Shown here: positions 61,765 through 61,920 of the stretch, in pieces | How positions within the stretch are numbered: position 1 is the stretch's first letter | How the letters are laid out: every line of letters begins with the position of its first letter | From: an uncultured Alphaproteobacteria bacterium | GTDB taxonomy: Bacteria > Pseudomonadota > Alphaproteobacteria > HIMB59 > GCA-002718135 | Assembly: GCA_902596065.1 (NCBI GenBank) | Contig: CACJSL010000004.1 | Span: forward strand, 1-61,920 | Reading direction: 5' to 3' | Length of the DNA stretch: 61,920 nt | Notes under the pieces: model-generated | Databases searched by the model: none | What the model was told of the DNA's origin: nothing | The model's input: only the letters and a program-made list of their open reading frames with translations | Made by a program: the position numbers and the translations under genes

Positions 61765-61920
61765 ATGGCTGATTTTATTTTACCAAAAAATTCAAAAATC
61801 AAAGAAGGCAAAACATATCCTTTTGAAGGAAATAAAGATTCAACAAAAAAATTAATTATATACCGATGGGATCCTGAAGAGAATGAAAATCCTAGATTAG
61901 ATAAATATGAAGTTGACTTA
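61765..61920 (+). CDS. sdhB: Succinate dehydrogenase iron-sulfur subunit (5' part, truncated by window edge)
   Basis: Absent from the ORF track. MADFILPKNSKIKEGKTY...IYRWDPE..ENPRLD.YEVD. Confidence 0.92.
   Translation, partial: MADFILPKNSKIKEGKTYPFEGNKDSTKKLIIYRWDPEENENPRLDKYEVDL

Overview
Very AT-rich, gene-dense chromosomal segment of a streamlined alphaproteobacterium. The gene content (gcrA, carD, ialB, dapF/ffh-rpsP-rimM-trmD-rplS-leuCD synteny, short spacers, overlapping start/stop codons) suggests a marine Pelagibacterales/SAR11-like lineage; this is an inference. Most of the window is housekeeping: argG, folD, a complete ccmABCDEFGH operon, acnA, fdxA-carD, dusA, panB, gcrA, pgk, ftsY, mtaB, dapF, the ffh operon, leuCDB-asd, zapE and sdhCDAB. 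An accessory block at about 25.4-38.8 kb holds a TPR-glycosyltransferase, a methyltransferase, four Fe(II)/2-oxoglutarate dioxygenases, an aldehyde dehydrogenase and a 1289-aa exported, internally duplicated peptidoglycan-binding protein. A small islet (2OG oxygenase plus sulfotransferase) sits at the 3' end of a tRNA-Arg(UCG). The most notable unexplained element is a GC-rich, multi-helix ~150-nt candidate ncRNA at 58891-59038 with a well-placed sigma70-type promoter on the minus strand, which I cannot assign to a known family. Also notable: a 65-aa histone H1-like protein with a structured leader, a catalytically degenerate metallophosphoesterase after carD, and tandem DnaA boxes upstream of sdhC. 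I saw no CRISPR array, integrase, transposase or rRNA. All calls come from reading motifs by eye; no searches were run.
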